Positions 10,230 to 20,505 of a DNA stretch of 64,000 nucleotides are shown here, piece by piece. The translations under genes were made by a program, and so were the position numbers. The stretch lies in the IMG/VR virus record IMGVR_UViG_3300048911_000053. The stretch is one strand, 5' to 3'. The notes below the pieces were generated by a model, which did not search any database, was not told where the DNA came from, and saw nothing but the letters and a program-made list of their open reading frames with translations. How positions within the stretch are numbered: the first letter of the stretch is position 1; every line of letters starts with the position of its first letter. This DNA is from an uncultured virus (IMG/VR IMGVR_UViG_3300048911_000053) (taxonomy: Duplodnaviria; Heunggongvirae; Uroviricota; Caudoviricetes).

Positions 10230-12259
10230 TATTGTGCTGCTCTAGGAAAGATGAGAAGTGCATCATTGTGAATCTTTTGCATGTTCTCTTTAAAGTAATC
10301 GTGGAAGGCTAACGGGTTATCCGTTGTGATATTGAATTCAAATGTTGGATTGCTTTGTATGTTTGGACTTGGATTACTTCTGAACTGATTCAATCTATCG
10401 ATACGGTCTTGATAATAAGAAATTTCGCCCTTACCATGCGCCATACTTTTTAATCGTTCTTGTTCTGCAATTCTTTGATCCAACGTCATCGCTGATGTTT
10501 GGCTATATGCGTAGGCTCCAATACCAGCGGCTGCAACAAGAGTCGCCCCAATTGGGTTTCTTGCTACTAAGCCAGCTAATGAACGAACAATTCCACCTTT
10601 TGCAACATCTTTCGCAACTTCAGTGGTTTTACCGAGTCCGCCTATCTTAGATAACCATCCAAAAACGGTTGCTAAAGCTCCAGCCAATGTTATCGCGTAG
10701 ATAACAAGCTCCATCCAGTTTTTCTTATCTAAAGCATCTCCAATCGCACTATTTTTACCTTGTGCAAAAGCGAGCAAATCAGAAAGTGTTGCTAATCCTA
10801 ATAGGACGAGGGTGAGCTTTGCAAACATCGCTCCAAAGGCTGTATTTAAAAACCAAATACCTGTTGTTAGACCACCAATAACCAGAACAGACTTTTGGAC
10901 TGTTGGATTTAATTGTTCAAAGTATCCAAGCATGTTTCCGATTAATTCAACAGGCACAGAGAGTGCTGAACCTAATAAGTCAAATGCAACTCCTAAACCT
11001 TTCACCAATGGTCCAGATTCTGTCAACGCACCGGTAAGCTTATTGAAGAATCTTGCAACAGCAGTGTCAAAACCACTCTTGGCTAATTTCTCAACGGTTT
11101 CTTCCCATTGTTTACGGAATACACCTTGAGCATATTGACTGGACTTTAAATATTTTGACCAACCTAATTCAGCTTGCTTGGCGAGTAACGCAAAGAACTT
11201 CGGGAGAATTTCATCTGAATTTAATTGGCCACTTGAATTCAGCAGTTGTTGAACTGACATCCCAGCGGCTTGAGCCATTAAAGGAATTGCTCCCTTCATG
11301 TGTTCGGCCAACTGACCTTTCAATTCTTCTGACATGATTTTACGTTTACCCATCATTTGCTGGATAGCAATCAATGAGCCTTTCGTATCTTCACCACTCA
11401 TACCCATTACTTGGGTATATTTTAGGAGTTGTCCGAAACCTTGTTGTGTATTTCCTTCGAGCTTTGTGCCTTTAGCAGCAGCAACGAATCCTGCATAGTC
11501 TGGAGCGATCTGACGAAGCGTTAAGCCATACTCTCGGCCAACTGTATTAAGAAACTGCATTTCTTTACCAGCAGCTTCAGCAGAGCCTGTAACACTTAGC
11601 ATGGCATTGTTAATGCCATTCAATTCTTGGGATATACTGTTCAATGATGCAATGGACCAAGCGGCACCAAAGCCGGGCAGAAACCCACGCATCCAATGAG
11701 CTGCTTCAGAGCCTACACCTGCCCCCATGAATCCGGCTTTACCTTGTCTACTCCATGAATCCTTTCGATCATTCTTCATGTGTGCAAGGCGTTCAGCACC
11801 CTCAACTGAAAGCTTGTATCTGTCACCAAGCGTTGAGAAATTTCCACCAACGGTAGATGGATCAATTCCAGCTCTCAAAGCCCTCGTAAACGACGTAGCA
11901 CGCGTTCTAAACGTCGACTGGTTGTCAGCCTTAGCCTTGATGTTATTTAGCTTTTCAGTGGCTCTGGCCTCGTTTGCAGTAGCTTTGGCGACGGCTTCCC
12001 TTGTCTTAGCTGCTATGGCTTCTGCTTTTTGTCTGAGGGTGATATTTCTAATCTGCTTCCCTTCGATATCGAGCTGACGCTTCTGAGCCATCTGCGTCTT
12101 GGCTAAGCCTCTTTCGACTTTACCAACAGTTGCATCAAATGCCGATACGAAGGTTTTTAATGACGCTTCTACACTCTTCAGTGATTTTTCAAGGTCTGTC
12201 AGTTGTTTCTTGTCGATCTTAAAGCCGACTGTAGCGAAAAACTTTGCTAAATCTTGCAT
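10229..12259 (-). CDS. Tail tape measure protein
   Basis: 676 aa, Ala/Gly-rich helical, QMMGKRKIMSEELKGQLAE tape-measure motif, hydrophobic segments. Confidence 0.9.
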   Translation of the reverse strand: MQDLAKFFATVGFKIDKKQLTDLEKSLKSVEASLKTFVSAFDATVGKVERGLAKTQMAQKRQLDIEGKQIRNITLRQKAEAIAAKTREAVAKATANEARATEKLNNIKAKADNQSTFRTRATSFTRALRAGIDPSTVGGNFSTLGDRYKLSVEGAERLAHMKNDRKDSWSRQGKAGFMGAGVGSEAAHWMRGFLPGFGAAWSIASLNSISQELNGINNAMLSVTGSAEAAGKEMQFLNTVGREYGLTLRQIAPDYAGFVAAAKGTKLEGNTQQGFGQLLKYTQVMGMSGEDTKGSLIAIQQMMGKRKIMSEELKGQLAEHMKGAIPLMAQAAGMSVQQLLNSSGQLNSDEILPKFFALLAKQAELGWSKYLKSSQYAQGVFRKQWEETVEKLAKSGFDTAVARFFNKLTGALTESGPLVKGLGVAFDLLGSALSVPVELIGNMLGYFEQLNPTVQKSVLVIGGLTTGIWFLNTAFGAMFAKLTLVLLGLATLSDLLAFAQGKNSAIGDALDKKNWMELVIYAITLAGALATVFGWLSKIGGLGKTTEVAKDVAKGGIVRSLAGLVARNPIGATLVAAAGIGAYAYSQTSAMTLDQRIAEQERLKSMAHGKGEISYYQDRIDRLNQFRSNPSPNIQSNPTFEFNITTDNPLAFHDYFKENMQKIHNDALLIFPRAAQ

Positions 12260-12262
12260 GTA

Positions 12263-12457
12263 TTACCTAGCCTGAACCTTCTGTTGTTCTTTCTTTTGGA
12301 TTTCTTCTTCTATGCTGTTCTTAGCTTCAATAATTTCTAGGAAATCGTATAAATCTTCGAGATCATAGATTGAATCAAGCTCATGCTTCGTACAGAGTTG
12401 AGGCTCAAAGAGGAGGACCGTCATAATCTCAAAATCCATTGAGAATGATTTCTCCAA
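12263..12457 (-). CDS. Tail assembly chaperone C-terminal extension (probably reached by -1 frameshift)
   Basis: -1 frame relative to 12493..12870 and open through the overlap. ELDSIYDLEDLYDFLEII motif. Confidence 0.65.
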   Translation of the reverse strand: MEKSFSMDFEIMTVLLFEPQLCTKHELDSIYDLEDLYDFLEIIEAKNSIEEEIQKKEQQKVQAR

Positions 12458-12492
12458 CTCTTTTTGAACGGGGCTAGGCGGTTCCTTAGAAT

Positions 12493-12870
12493 TTACAGAT
12501 TTTCTACGGAACCGAGTACGGTAAAAACAGATGCGAAGTTAAATTTGATCAGTTCTTTAAGCAGGTTAAAGAGTTTTGCGTAATCTGTACTGAATTCAAA
12601 ATCGAAGTTGATTTGCATTCCACCTTTAGTTGCGCCAAGCACAACCATTTCCTTCAGCATTTCTTCATCAAGATCATCAAGATTCTCCGCTAACTTTTCC
12701 AAGGCAATGCTAATTGCTTGTTCTTCGGATTGAGAATTCTTCGTAATCTCAGCAAATGCTGGCAGAAGTACTTTCGCTAATTTCTTCTGGTATTTAAGAC
12801 CCTTTGTTGCAGGGTAAGCAGTAAGAAGATAATCAGTACCTTCTACATTTACAGTTTGTTGTTTTAACAT
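12493..12870 (-). CDS. Tail assembly chaperone
   Basis: 125 aa, between tube-like genes and tape measure. Confidence 0.75.
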   Translation of the reverse strand: MLKQQTVNVEGTDYLLTAYPATKGLKYQKKLAKVLLPAFAEITKNSQSEEQAISIALEKLAENLDDLDEEMLKEMVVLGATKGGMQINFDFEFSTDYAKLFNLLKELIKFNFASVFTVLGSVENL

Positions 12871-12882
12871 TTGGACTATTCG

Positions 12883-13344
12883 TTAAAGATTAAATATATT
12901 TAAAATGGATTTAGCGTTGCCGCCATGATTTATTGTGTAGCTGTCTAAGCAAGCTATATCCCATTTGCGCGTACCGATTTCTGCGGAGAAATGTATCTCC
13001 GAAAGATCAGTTATGAATCCTGTTTCTGAATGGACTTCTGTCGTTCCTGACAAATCCTTCAAAACAATTTGGCAACGTCCTGTGCCTTTAATTAAATCTT
13101 GTCTTACGATTTCAGAAAATACATCGTTTGCCATAGATGCAGCTCCAACTTCTATTGAAATAATTATTGAGCTGTCTAATGATCTTGAGCGTGTATTCTT
13201 TCCACGGATACCTTTAATCATCTTAAAAGCATCTGTACTTCGTTTAAGACTAATGCTGTCCCAATCTTGGACAACAAAACCGGCTACGCTTAAATTAACG
13301 TCGCCAGGGTTATATGTGAATACTCTTGCTGTACCAAAATTCAT
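12883..13344 (-). CDS. Tail tube-like protein (paralogue 3)
   Basis: TYNPGDVNLSVAG...TRKWDIAC, similar to the two upstream genes. Confidence 0.7.
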   Translation of the reverse strand: MNFGTARVFTYNPGDVNLSVAGFVVQDWDSISLKRSTDAFKMIKGIRGKNTRSRSLDSSIIISIEVGAASMANDVFSEIVRQDLIKGTGRCQIVLKDLSGTTEVHSETGFITDLSEIHFSAEIGTRKWDIACLDSYTINHGGNAKSILNIFNL

Positions 13345-13844
13345 CGAATCAGGTTCCCGATAGTTGGAGCAAATGCTGTGACTTGATTAATCAGTTCTTC
13401 AAGTACATCGGGTTGTCCAGAGTTATCGCCAATATTCATTACACCTTCGGAAGCAAGTAACTCCCATGTCCGGGTTTCAATTCCAGAACTAAACGTAACA
13501 TTGGGTAGTGTTGTAATCCATGTGTTAGAACTATGGAAGAATGTACTTCCTGAATTATCTTTTATTGTTAATGGGAACATTCCCATTTGAGTTAGTTCGT
13601 CAATCTCAATCAACTTCATCAGTATCGAATTAGAAGGTGCTGATTGTGAGAGAGTAATATCAATCTTAAAGAGTTGATCTTTTTGAAATGATCGTGAGAC
13701 TACACCGTCTGCGCTTTTTCTATTGCTATAGATGGGATTGGACTTCTGAATATTTACAAATGTTCCATCAGCAAAGCCTTCGATTTTATAAAAGCCAGCG
13801 ATGAGTACATCAACGCTTGTCGGTGAGTAGGTCCATAAAGCCAT
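13341..13844 (-). CDS. Tail tube-like protein (paralogue 2)
   Basis: TYSPTSVDVLIAG...GFADGTFV...IKDNSG...TRTWEL, DUF3277-like pattern. Confidence 0.75.
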   Translation of the reverse strand: MALWTYSPTSVDVLIAGFYKIEGFADGTFVNIQKSNPIYSNRKSADGVVSRSFQKDQLFKIDITLSQSAPSNSILMKLIEIDELTQMGMFPLTIKDNSGSTFFHSSNTWITTLPNVTFSSGIETRTWELLASEGVMNIGDNSGQPDVLEELINQVTAFAPTIGNLIR

Positions 13845-13867
13845 TGTAAGCCTGAATACTAAAGAGG

Positions 13868-13888
13868 AGAGGGGCGAGATGCCCCTCT
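13868..13888 (-). terminator. Probable intrinsic terminator after the tail tube gene
   Basis: AGAGGGGC-5nt-GCCCCTCT hairpin with a weak U tract. Confidence 0.5.
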
Positions 13889-13895
13889 GTTTAAC

Positions 13896-14414
13896 TTAGC
13901 GCCAACGGTCTTCTATGACGCCACCAAGAGCTTCATATGCAGCAGCATCAGCAGGATCAAACTTCGCATTTCCTGCAATGTTTGTATCGAGATGAATAGC
14001 GTGAATATGCCACTCTCTAAGTTGCATAGAAGTACCAAAATCGGAATCAGGTACTTTACTAATATATGCTTGAGAGGCGTGATAGATACTACGACCTGAG
14101 TTGTCTTTCACTGTAACAGTGAAGAGGCCAGTCGAATCTAATGTTGCTACATCTTCAAGATAGAGCTGCATCAGAACGTCGTTACTATTAGATGTTTGTT
14201 GAAGAGGGATTACCAAAGTTCCAGAAGTGTTCGGTTGATAAATACGTGTTGGCGTATTATCTGCACCTGTATATTTACCGAATGTGTCGGTATCACGACT
14301 GATCTTTACAATGGAGTCTTCAGAAAAACCACTGACAATATGAGACATATTGCCTTTTGACAAAACGACCGTTACATCACTCGGTGCGTAAGTCGCAAGT
14401 AATACACTTGCCAT
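13896..14414 (-). CDS. Major tail tube protein
   Basis: TYAPSDV...GFSEDSIV...LQQTSNSND...VKDNSG...REWHI, directly after the sheath gene. Confidence 0.85.
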   Translation of the reverse strand: MASVLLATYAPSDVTVVLSKGNMSHIVSGFSEDSIVKISRDTDTFGKYTGADNTPTRIYQPNTSGTLVIPLQQTSNSNDVLMQLYLEDVATLDSTGLFTVTVKDNSGRSIYHASQAYISKVPDSDFGTSMQLREWHIHAIHLDTNIAGNAKFDPADAAAYEALGGVIEDRWR

Positions 14415-14430
14415 TATTATTTAACTCCAA

Positions 14431-15726
14431 TTATACGGAAATTGTCCCGGCGATGCGGACAAAATGGATTGCACCGGCAAGAGTGCCTTCGAAGGTGATA
14501 TCTTCAACAGTACGAAGTGCTTTAACGTTCGGTGAAATAGAAGCAACAGAAGGAACGAATACTTTCGGTTTAGGATTATTAGCTAATCCACCATTGGTAA
14601 TACCTTCTTGAAGCACTGCATACATTTCGCTTTGGATAAGAGTTAATCCAGCTTGTGTCAGTGGGATTTTCTTAGTATTAACAAGGCGAGAATAAATACG
14701 CTCAACCATTCTTGCTTCAAGCCAATCAGCGAAAATCATCACGTCAATGAATTCACCACCTGACATCTTCCCTTCACGCATGATGCTTAAACCACCAATT
14801 GTTTCGTAGGTGTTGCAATTCTTATTATTTGCGTTGTTGCTTTGAGTTGAAGAAAGCGTATCGCGAGTAACTGAAGAGAGTGATTTGAATTTCCAAGTAT
14901 TAGAGCCGGGGGTTTCAGGTAGTTGATAACCGATCCACGCACATTCAGGAAATTGAGTATCAGCGCTTGCGCTATAGCTAATGAATGTTCTTTGGTATCC
15001 TGCGGCCTTCAATTGAGATGCAATATCTGTTGTTGCTGTTGTTAAGATTGCAGATGAACTTGAGGATGTTCCGTAGATTTTCTTACGCGCTTCAATTGCT
15101 TCAGCGATTACAAGGATATCTGCATCGTTATGTGTCTCTGCTGTCAGTGCATACCAATCATTATTTTCTGATTCAACAGCAGCAATCGAATCAGCCCAAG
15201 ACTCTGTGCTTGATGCTAGTGTTAATGCTACGTTGCTTGAAGACTTGATTGACCATGAAGCACCTGGAGATGATACAGATACAGAGAATGTACCATTCAG
15301 GTTATCAGTCATATTGATACCAACAACAGAAGCCGCTGCAAATTGGGAACGGAGAGCTGCGACAATTTCAATAGCTGTTGGAGTTGAATCTGACGTGGCG
15401 CTGATTACAGTGTTGTTGATAGTTAACGAGTAGACTGTATTTGCAGCTACTGTACCAATCGATCCATTTACGCTGTCTACTTGACGACGGCCAACGATGA
15501 TCTTCGGCGGTTTATTTTCTTGAGAGAAGAGTCGTAATGCAGCTTTGTACACATTACTAGATGAAGTAAAATCATCTGCAACTTCTGTGATATCTTCATA
15601 AACAGCAGTTCGTGAAGAGAAGGCTGTATGTGCTGCCAAGAACAGAGGGATATTAAACGATACTCTGGAAACGGCAGCAGTTTCACGACTGATATTAATT
15701 TGAATAATGTCGGAAGTGTTGCTCAC
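14431..15726 (-). CDS. Tail sheath protein (DUF3383-like)
   Basis: PGSNTWKFKSL, GEFIDVMIFADWL and LAGAIHFVRIAGTISV motifs. Confidence 0.9.
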   Translation of the reverse strand: MSNTSDIIQINISRETAAVSRVSFNIPLFLAAHTAFSSRTAVYEDITEVADDFTSSSNVYKAALRLFSQENKPPKIIVGRRQVDSVNGSIGTVAANTVYSLTINNTVISATSDSTPTAIEIVAALRSQFAAASVVGINMTDNLNGTFSVSVSSPGASWSIKSSSNVALTLASSTESWADSIAAVESENNDWYALTAETHNDADILVIAEAIEARKKIYGTSSSSSAILTTATTDIASQLKAAGYQRTFISYSASADTQFPECAWIGYQLPETPGSNTWKFKSLSSVTRDTLSSTQSNNANNKNCNTYETIGGLSIMREGKMSGGEFIDVMIFADWLEARMVERIYSRLVNTKKIPLTQAGLTLIQSEMYAVLQEGITNGGLANNPKPKVFVPSVASISPNVKALRTVEDITFEGTLAGAIHFVRIAGTISV

Positions 15727-15766
15727 TATTTTTACCTGTTATTTTTATTATTGAATTAGAAAACGC

Positions 15767-18700
15767 TTATAGGTTTGCTAAGAGAGTTGCCATTTGAGGT
15801 TTATCTACTGGCGATGAGAGACTGCTTGGAGTAAGCATGAACATATAAGATTGATTAACCCACGGGCCACCTGACCAATAAGCCCAACCGTTCCAAACAT
15901 CGGAATTGGAAGTCATATAATTAACAAGGGCCGGACCTTCAGAAGCACAACTAGCATCTGCTGACCAAGCAAACTCACCGAGGAATCCTTTGTAATTATT
16001 TGTTCTTGCCCACGAAGTGAATGCGGCTAAACGCGTAGAACCTGAATTTAGTGAACAAGTTGAATGTGTTCCGCTGTTGTCACTATCGAGATATTGATGT
16101 ACTTCAAACATGAAGTTAACATCGGAGAATCCTGTCCAAGCTGCTGCATTGCCACTCGATACCCATGAATGAGCACCTGTGTAGGAGCTTCCGGGTATTA
16201 AAATTAAATGAGAAGTTGTTTCTGCTCTTATTGCATTAACAGCGAGTGTTGCTACCGCCTTCCATTCCGATGCCGTGTGTCCAGTAGGTTCATTCATCAA
16301 ACCAAAGATAACGTTTGTTTGGTTTTTAAAGATGTGAGCAATTCTGGACCAGAAATCAGCAAACTTTTGTGGCATACCTGCGGAGATGCCTGTGGACGTT
16401 CCAATACTTACATTTGACCAACTTGCTTCATCCCATTTACTTCCGTAGTCATGTGGGTCGATGACCACATACATATTTTTGGAAGCACAATATTGAACAA
16501 CATTATTGATTCTGTTTACTTCAGCTTGGTTCAAAGCTCTATTACAAATTGGTTGGAGCCTTGCACCACTAACAGGGAGTCTAATTAACGTGAACCCTTT
16601 AGCTGCGTAATAGTCAATTTCGGCATTGGTCGGATACGTGTAGTGGAATGAATATGTTCCATACGGTGAAGGTTTATTAAACTCAGCACTGGAGAGATTG
16701 ACTCCTTTAAACTTATTAGGGAGTGTAGGAGGTATGAGAGGTGCTGGATAAGTGCTATTAACAAAGGTGGAAAGGGTTGGTAATGGTGTTGAGTAATATG
16801 AAGCGATATCCGCATTAAATGCACTCATATCTTGGTCACTTAATGTGTTCCCAAAGATAAAGAGTTCCCTCACTTTACCAGACCACTTCTCACCGGCAGC
16901 CCATCTAAACCAACCCATGTTGATTTGAGCACGGTTATTGTCCATCACGAGGTTAGGCGCAGTTGTAGTCTGCTGGCCAATAAGTACACCGTCGCGATAA
17001 GTTTGTTTCCCATTTATGGAATTAGCTGACCAACGTCCTGCGTAGTTATGCCACTCGTTATCAATAACCCCTATAGACAACTCTGTTGGGCTATCAATGG
17101 ATATTTCCCATTTCTTATTCTTGTTAATCCAATTGTTGTAATTACTAAACTGCCAAGACAGTAATCTTCCACCTGAACGGTGTGAGACTCTGGAAATGAG
17201 GGTCTGTCCTTGTAAGCCTTGCAATACAGAAGGGATATCCGCTCTGTGAATCCACTCCGATCTTCCATCGAATAGAACAGAAGGGTATCCATCAACATCA
17301 TTCAATATAAAGAATGGATAATCTTTTGGAGAGGTTCCACCAACTGTGTTATCTGAGAAGACAGGTTGAATATCTTGTTTCTTTATCCCTTGGTCATACC
17401 ATCGGACTAATCTTAACGATGAACCTTGTGACCAAGTTTGTATTGCTTCCCTATCCAGATCGCCATCTACAGTGAATCCAAAATCAGCGGATACACTATC
17501 AATCTCTCTCTTCAAACGAATACATGGCCCAGTGTATGGGCTGAATACTCTTCTGAATGAAAAGATATTATTGGCAAAACTGTCTGAGTTAGAAGCAGAG
17601 AACAAGTCAGGGATAGTACAGTAACTTCCATTCTGAGGATCAGCTAACGATCTATTATTTGTGCAAGATATCGTTATGATCTTCTGAGTAATAGGGGCAT
17701 TGTATTTAAAGGTTGCCCTACCGTTGAATCCAGGTGACAACACAACAGAGGATGGTGTGAAAGACCCACCAGCACCATTATCATTCGGTGTCACTGTGAT
17801 TGCTTGAGTAATTATTCCTCGATACTCTACTACCCAGTCCTCAGAAGCTTCTCCAGCATTTCCTCTTGCCGGGGTATTAGGGGCAACAAGGAAATAATAA
17901 TTAGGCTGAATACCGACTTCGGTATATTTAGTGAGGACTGCCATCTGTGTGGCGTCTTTAACACCAACAGGTGCTGTTGAGAGTGGGTATGATCCCCACA
18001 ATGGTCCAGCGGTCCAGTAATCAACTTCTAGGGAATGTATCTTACAAAAATCAAGAATATTATCTAAAGCCAAATTCCAACCAGGATCGTCGTTGCCAGC
18101 ACCCATTTCTCCGATGTGGCCCTTGTATCCATTCTTTTCCAACCAGTCAGTGAAGACTTTAATTCTTTCACGACCTGTAGTAATGGTTACTCCATTCTGT
18201 ATTTCTGTTTGCCAATTGAAATGTGTTCCAGAATTATCTCTATCTAAATAGCAGTGTGCTGAGTAGATAATTTTATTCGATGGATCATTGATATGGAGGT
18301 TGTCGTTGTACTGTGTCCATGTACCAGCAGATGACCAATTATCACCTTCAATGTAAATTGTGGAATCAACATCGACAGTTCGTATCGCATCGACAGCAGC
18401 TTGAGCTGCTAATGGCCAAGCCTGTGGTGACGGCATTGCGTTGGGTTCATTCATCAGGTCATAACTGAGTGTTGATGAATACCCTTGGAATGCAGTGGCA
18501 ATCTTTAACCAGAGATCAGCAAAATTCTCATTTGAGACATTAGGGCCACCAATCTTACCTTCAAGCCTTGATCCATAATTATGGACATCGAGAAGAACTT
18601 TCACATTAACACTAGCGCAGTAATCTACTACTGTTTTAATTCTTCCAAAATACGCTGAGTCAAAAGGTCCATTCAGTTGTGGCTGTAATCTTTCCCATCG

Positions 18701-19657
18701 AATCGGTAGACGTATTCTGTTGAAACCCTTCGATTTGAAGTAATCAATTTCAGAATTTGATGGAGCTTTATAGTTTGTGCCGTAAACGCCAGGGATAGCA
18801 CTGCCTGTGAATTCCAAACCTGCTAAGTTAATCCCCATAGAGAACACACCAAAACTTGGTGATTCAACATTTGTGTATGCATGAACTACAGGGGAGTAAG
18901 CGGAGTATTGGCCATTTCTTGAAGTACGCGATCGATAATAGTAAATACCGTGCGTTGGTAGACCAGTGTCATCAAAAGAGTAAGGGTGGCTCTGTGCATT
19001 TGCTTGATTATATATTTCCGCCCAATTACTTCCATCAGCACTTCTTTCAACTGTTAGGACGCAGTTTGCCGTGTAGTTGTAAATGTCTACACGTATACTT
19101 GTATCGGATAATGTAGATACTGATAAATGAGGTATAGCAGGAGGGGCGAGGTAGGGTATTGAAATTTCCTCCCCTCTGAGATTGTTCATTATTATCTTAT
19201 CGATAACATCAATCTTTTCGCGACTCTCGGAGGCAAATGCAAATGTGATATCAACAACGTAACGTGGTATCCACTTGGTGTCTCTTTTTTCAGGCTGAAA
19301 CTTTGGCTGTCGTTTATTAATAATCGAGATGTTTCTGAAACCAAACTCTTGCCAGTATTTTACATGGGAGAGGTTATGCAGGAATTCAGTACATAGTGTT
19401 GGAGAGTCGTCACCGACAAAAATAAACTGAACCTTACACGAATATTCATTTCTGATTAAAAGGGTTTCAGCATCATCTGTCAGCGTACCTTGATACTCTC
19501 TTCCAACTTGAACAAGTTGATTGGCTACCAAGGCAAGGCAATTTCCCTTCGGCTCTGGATAGCTTTGATACATAAAATATATATGGCTTTGAGGGATGCT
19601 TGTGACTAACGATACGCAATCGAATAATGCATCTTCAAATTCTTTTAAATAACTCAT
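15767..19657 (-). CDS. Tail completion/terminator protein fused to FN3, GH5 glycoside hydrolase, Ig-like and LamG-like modules and a second GH5
   Basis: First ~165 aa occupy the tail-terminator slot (YPEPKGNC...RYVVDITFAF). Two GH5 domains with GINLAGLEF/GVNLSSAEF, RLPIRWERLQP/RLPVSGARLQP, DVHNYG/DPHDYG, MNEP twice, IGEMG/LGEFA. Confidence 0.85.
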   Translation of the reverse strand: MSYLKEFEDALFDCVSLVTSIPQSHIYFMYQSYPEPKGNCLALVANQLVQVGREYQGTLTDDAETLLIRNEYSCKVQFIFVGDDSPTLCTEFLHNLSHVKYWQEFGFRNISIINKRQPKFQPEKRDTKWIPRYVVDITFAFASESREKIDVIDKIIMNNLRGEEISIPYLAPPAIPHLSVSTLSDTSIRVDIYNYTANCVLTVERSADGSNWAEIYNQANAQSHPYSFDDTGLPTHGIYYYRSRTSRNGQYSAYSPVVHAYTNVESPSFGVFSMGINLAGLEFTGSAIPGVYGTNYKAPSNSEIDYFKSKGFNRIRLPIRWERLQPQLNGPFDSAYFGRIKTVVDYCASVNVKVLLDVHNYGSRLEGKIGGPNVSNENFADLWLKIATAFQGYSSTLSYDLMNEPNAMPSPQAWPLAAQAAVDAIRTVDVDSTIYIEGDNWSSAGTWTQYNDNLHINDPSNKIIYSAHCYLDRDNSGTHFNWQTEIQNGVTITTGRERIKVFTDWLEKNGYKGHIGEMGAGNDDPGWNLALDNILDFCKIHSLEVDYWTAGPLWGSYPLSTAPVGVKDATQMAVLTKYTEVGIQPNYYFLVAPNTPARGNAGEASEDWVVEYRGIITQAITVTPNDNGAGGSFTPSSVVLSPGFNGRATFKYNAPITQKIITISCTNNRSLADPQNGSYCTIPDLFSASNSDSFANNIFSFRRVFSPYTGPCIRLKREIDSVSADFGFTVDGDLDREAIQTWSQGSSLRLVRWYDQGIKKQDIQPVFSDNTVGGTSPKDYPFFILNDVDGYPSVLFDGRSEWIHRADIPSVLQGLQGQTLISRVSHRSGGRLLSWQFSNYNNWINKNKKWEISIDSPTELSIGVIDNEWHNYAGRWSANSINGKQTYRDGVLIGQQTTTAPNLVMDNNRAQINMGWFRWAAGEKWSGKVRELFIFGNTLSDQDMSAFNADIASYYSTPLPTLSTFVNSTYPAPLIPPTLPNKFKGVNLSSAEFNKPSPYGTYSFHYTYPTNAEIDYYAAKGFTLIRLPVSGARLQPICNRALNQAEVNRINNVVQYCASKNMYVVIDPHDYGSKWDEASWSNVSIGTSTGISAGMPQKFADFWSRIAHIFKNQTNVIFGLMNEPTGHTASEWKAVATLAVNAIRAETTSHLILIPGSSYTGAHSWVSSGNAAAWTGFSDVNFMFEVHQYLDSDNSGTHSTCSLNSGSTRLAAFTSWARTNNYKGFLGEFAWSADASCASEGPALVNYMTSNSDVWNGWAYWSGGPWVNQSYMFMLTPSSLSSPVDKPQMATLLANL

Positions 19658-20022
19658 TTAGTGAGTTCAATCCTATGTGCTATCGCTTTATAGTGATCCA
19701 GAATTCCCATTTCATAATGTTGAACACGGAATACCACGAATCTTTCACCTTTGTAGATGAACTCATCAGCAGGCCACCCATCAATATCTTCATTCAACGT
19801 TCTAATTTCATAGGATGAATAGAGTCTTAATGATTTTTTTGTTCTGAGGGATTCTGGAAGAAGTAAGAGATCGTTGTATTTAGCCGGTTGGACATTTGCT
19901 AAAATATTTATCTTCTCTTCTCCAAATGCTTCTACCACTCTTCCTCTGACGAGTTGCCCGTATTGTTTCCTGAGCAAAGTGATAGGTATTTTTCCTACTC
20001 CGATAAACTGTGCGCTTGGCAT
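19654..20022 (-). CDS. Head closure/head-tail joining protein
   Basis: ILANVQP...LLLPESLR...HYKAIA pattern; synteny. Confidence 0.7.
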   Translation of the reverse strand: MPSAQFIGVGKIPITLLRKQYGQLVRGRVVEAFGEEKINILANVQPAKYNDLLLLPESLRTKKSLRLYSSYEIRTLNEDIDGWPADEFIYKGERFVVFRVQHYEMGILDHYKAIAHRIELTK

Positions 20023-20025
20023 TAG

Positions 20026-20505
20026 TTAAGCCTTATGTTCAATTCTGTACTCAACTGACTCAAGCATAAAATCTGTAAATTGAAGAACATCATCGAACCC
20101 TTTCTCTTCAATCCAGCCTTCACTGTTGTGATCGTAGTTGCTGTACTCTTCAATAATTTTCTTCATTAGAAGGACTTCACTTTCACCAAGACGCCGCAAT
20201 GTTGCATTTATTGAGGCACCACTTATTATTTTTTTAATGGCTTGGTGTACGTTCTGAATTGTTTTCTCGTCAGTGATAGTCTCTTCCATGAATGGTCGAG
20301 CTGGTGAGTCGTTTGTGTTGATATTATTTAGGTAGGCCACTTCAGCAACATACATGCCGACGTTATACCCTTCTGGAAACACATGGTTTGGTGTGCCGGG
20401 GTACATCTTGTCGAAGAAGCCTACTTGAACTTCTGATCGATCAAGATTAAGAAGTGATTTTCTTAATCCGTTAAATCCTGCATAACTAACTTTTAAAGAG
20501 GACAT
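20026..20505 (-). CDS. Neck/tail completion protein
   Basis: VQVGFF, PARPFME and KGFDDVLQFT motifs; synteny. Confidence 0.65.
   Translation of the reverse strand: MSSLKVSYAGFNGLRKSLLNLDRSEVQVGFFDKMYPGTPNHVFPEGYNVGMYVAEVAYLNNINTNDSPARPFMEETITDEKTIQNVHQAIKKIISGASINATLRRLGESEVLLMKKIIEEYSNYDHNSEGWIEEKGFDDVLQFTDFMLESVEYRIEHKA

Noticed and set aside
12883..14414. Three tandem tail-tube-like paralogues as a novelty
   Set aside because: Tube paralogues after the sheath are a regular feature of this myovirus tail module.
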